Assembly (NCBI GenBank): GCA_964252035.1
Contig: OZ176203.1
Length of the DNA stretch: 64,000 nt
DNA from: Podarcis erhardii
Taxonomy: Eukaryota
Strand: one strand, 5' to 3'
Below the pieces are notes generated by a model. It was not told the origin of the DNA and searched no databases. It worked only from the letters and a program-made list of their open reading frames with translations. This document shows positions 62,091-64,000 of the stretch, one piece after another (the first letter of the stretch is position 1; each line of letters starts with the position of its first letter). Made by a program: the position numbers and the translations under genes.

Positions 62091-64000
62091 CGTATCTCCC
62101 CACTGACAAGAGCCTCCTGGATGTTCTCCTCCTCTCCATGTCTCACTGTAGCCCAAATTACAGTGGTAGTGGTGGTAAGGGGCAGCTTAGATGCCACTGC
62201 TGGCTTCCACATTGGATAGTGCCTGGCAAGCAGGCAGCTGGTAGCAATGATGGGGAAGGTTTAGGAGGAGCACTTGGGGGCAATGGCAGTGATGATACAT
62301 ATTTACTGAGGCAGGAGGATCCCATGGAAGGTGTCTTGCCAAAGGTCCCCCCAAAATCTGGAGCCCACACTGTCTTGTGTACATGTTCTGATGAATGTGT
62401 AGAGGTGGGGCAGCTGGCACCAATCCATTTTCCTCTCCATCTGCTTATTTGTGCCTTGTCTGAATGTCTACACATGAGCAGAATGGCATTGGCAACAGAT
62501 GACATGCCTAATTTTGTATTTTCTCCTCTCTGATTGATAATGATGTAGCTTTTATGCTGCCTGTTTTTTTTTTTAAAAAAAATCTGAACTCAAATAAAAG
62601 AAGGAAATCGAGCCCTTACTGAGACTATCATTATTTTCTTGGAGTGCATTCCTCCATAATATGGAACTAAATTTAATACAACCCTCCAACTCTAGATTCA
62701 ATAAAAAAGCAGTGTCTATTAAAAATGAAAAATAGCAAAACTAGCAAATGGAAAATTAAATGGAGTCAGGCCTGTCCTAAAACCCAGGAGAACAGGAGAA
62801 ATATATTTCATTGCAGTGATATCCGGTATGATATTGACCATCACTACTCTTGGGTTCTCCTCTAGAAACCATTTGTTGCATTAGCAACAAACCCAGGAAC
62901 AGTGATTTATTTCTGAAATCCCTGGACATGCTGGGTGGCGCAAAGGTCTTAAATCTGCTGACTAAGATAAATTGCATGTTGGAGTACATTTAACAAATGA
63001 TAATGCAAAATGCAGGGAAATATATAGCATCCAAGATAGGGGAGGAGAACAATACATGACCAGCCTGAGAACTATTTTAACGCAACACATGAATAGATAT
63101 TGCTGCCTAGGGAAATTCCTTTGGCTTCCCCTAGAATAAAGTTATGGGCTAGGGGCCTGTAAACTTTGCAAATTCTGTGAGTAACTTGCGAAGGAAAGAA
63201 ACTATGAAGTTCAAAAGGGATGAATCGTTTTTAAACAGCTAAAAGTATATGTAGCATAATGCCAAGGAGCATGGTGGACACAGGGTGGTATCCAACTGGT
63301 GCTGCTCTGCTGGTGGAAGGTTTGTTGGTCCAGCACAGCCTTCTGTCAGTGGAACAGAGCTTTGGCCATTCTCTCTGGTCCTACAGCCTCCATGCTGCTT
63401 CTCAATCGTTTCCAAAGCGTTTCCCACCACATGTGGGTTTACTTAGGGGAGGAATATCACTTCTGTCACTGGAGAGGCACAAACTGAATACAACTCAGTA
63501 GTTCCATGTACTCCGTTTACTTGCCCTGAGAATAGATTGCTTTATTAGGCCTTTGAGGAATTTAGGACTGAACCCGCTCAATGAATATAAGTGCTTCCCT
63601 GTGAAAACCACTCTGAGGCGGCAAACTTTGGTGCCAGGTACAATTTTAATATTATACTTCTTTCAAATCAGCATTTTTCGATATAAAAACTGAAGAAAGT
63701 AGTGCAGTCACACAGCACATGGGAGGACTGTACCACTAGAGCTTCACAATCCTAGCCATATTTACTCATAGTTACTTCTACAGACTTCAGAGGTGGTTAC
63801 TACCATGTATGCAGCCTTAGATTGCAACCTTACAGAGTTTCGTGGCCCTCCCTGGATTTTAAGCTCTCTAGATGGTCCTTTTCTGTGGTTGCCTTCAGAT
63901 TGGATGTGGGCTGGTATCTTCTAGGAGCAGAGCCCTCACAATAGTGGCAACTCTTTTACAAAATTCTATATTCCATGAAGCCCACAGAGCCAACTCATGG

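Overview
Repeat-rich, apparently non-coding vertebrate DNA (large intron or intergenic). The repeat families I recognise (Sauria SINE, Squam3-type and tRNA/CR1-tail SINEs, lizard Tc1/mariner and hAT MITEs, CR1, RTE, L2, L1, Penelope) point to a squamate, most likely a lacertid lizard; this rests on recall, not a search. No recognisable protein-coding gene was found. The only ORFs with identifiable homology are decayed retrotransposon ORF2 pieces, and the six 470-550 aa ORFs at 32.2-33.9 kb are an artefact of a GC-rich tandem array. Main observations: (1) a 1864-bp non-autonomous hAT element (15-bp perfect TIRs, 8-bp TSD) carrying about 11 copies of a 118-bp, 77% GC, internally palindromic unit plus one end of a Tc1/mariner-type element; (2) a Penelope-like insertion forming a perfect 78-bp inverted repeat whose 16-nt loop holds the core of a minimal hammerhead ribozyme; (3) a 1.1-kb non-coding L1-like element with intact-looking 5' and 3' ends and a 19-bp TSD; (4) a 124-bp local duplication overlapping a candidate 48-nt exon; (5) several solo LTRs and nested insertions. 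I found no convincing new biological system. The best leads are unusual variants of known mobile-element biology.
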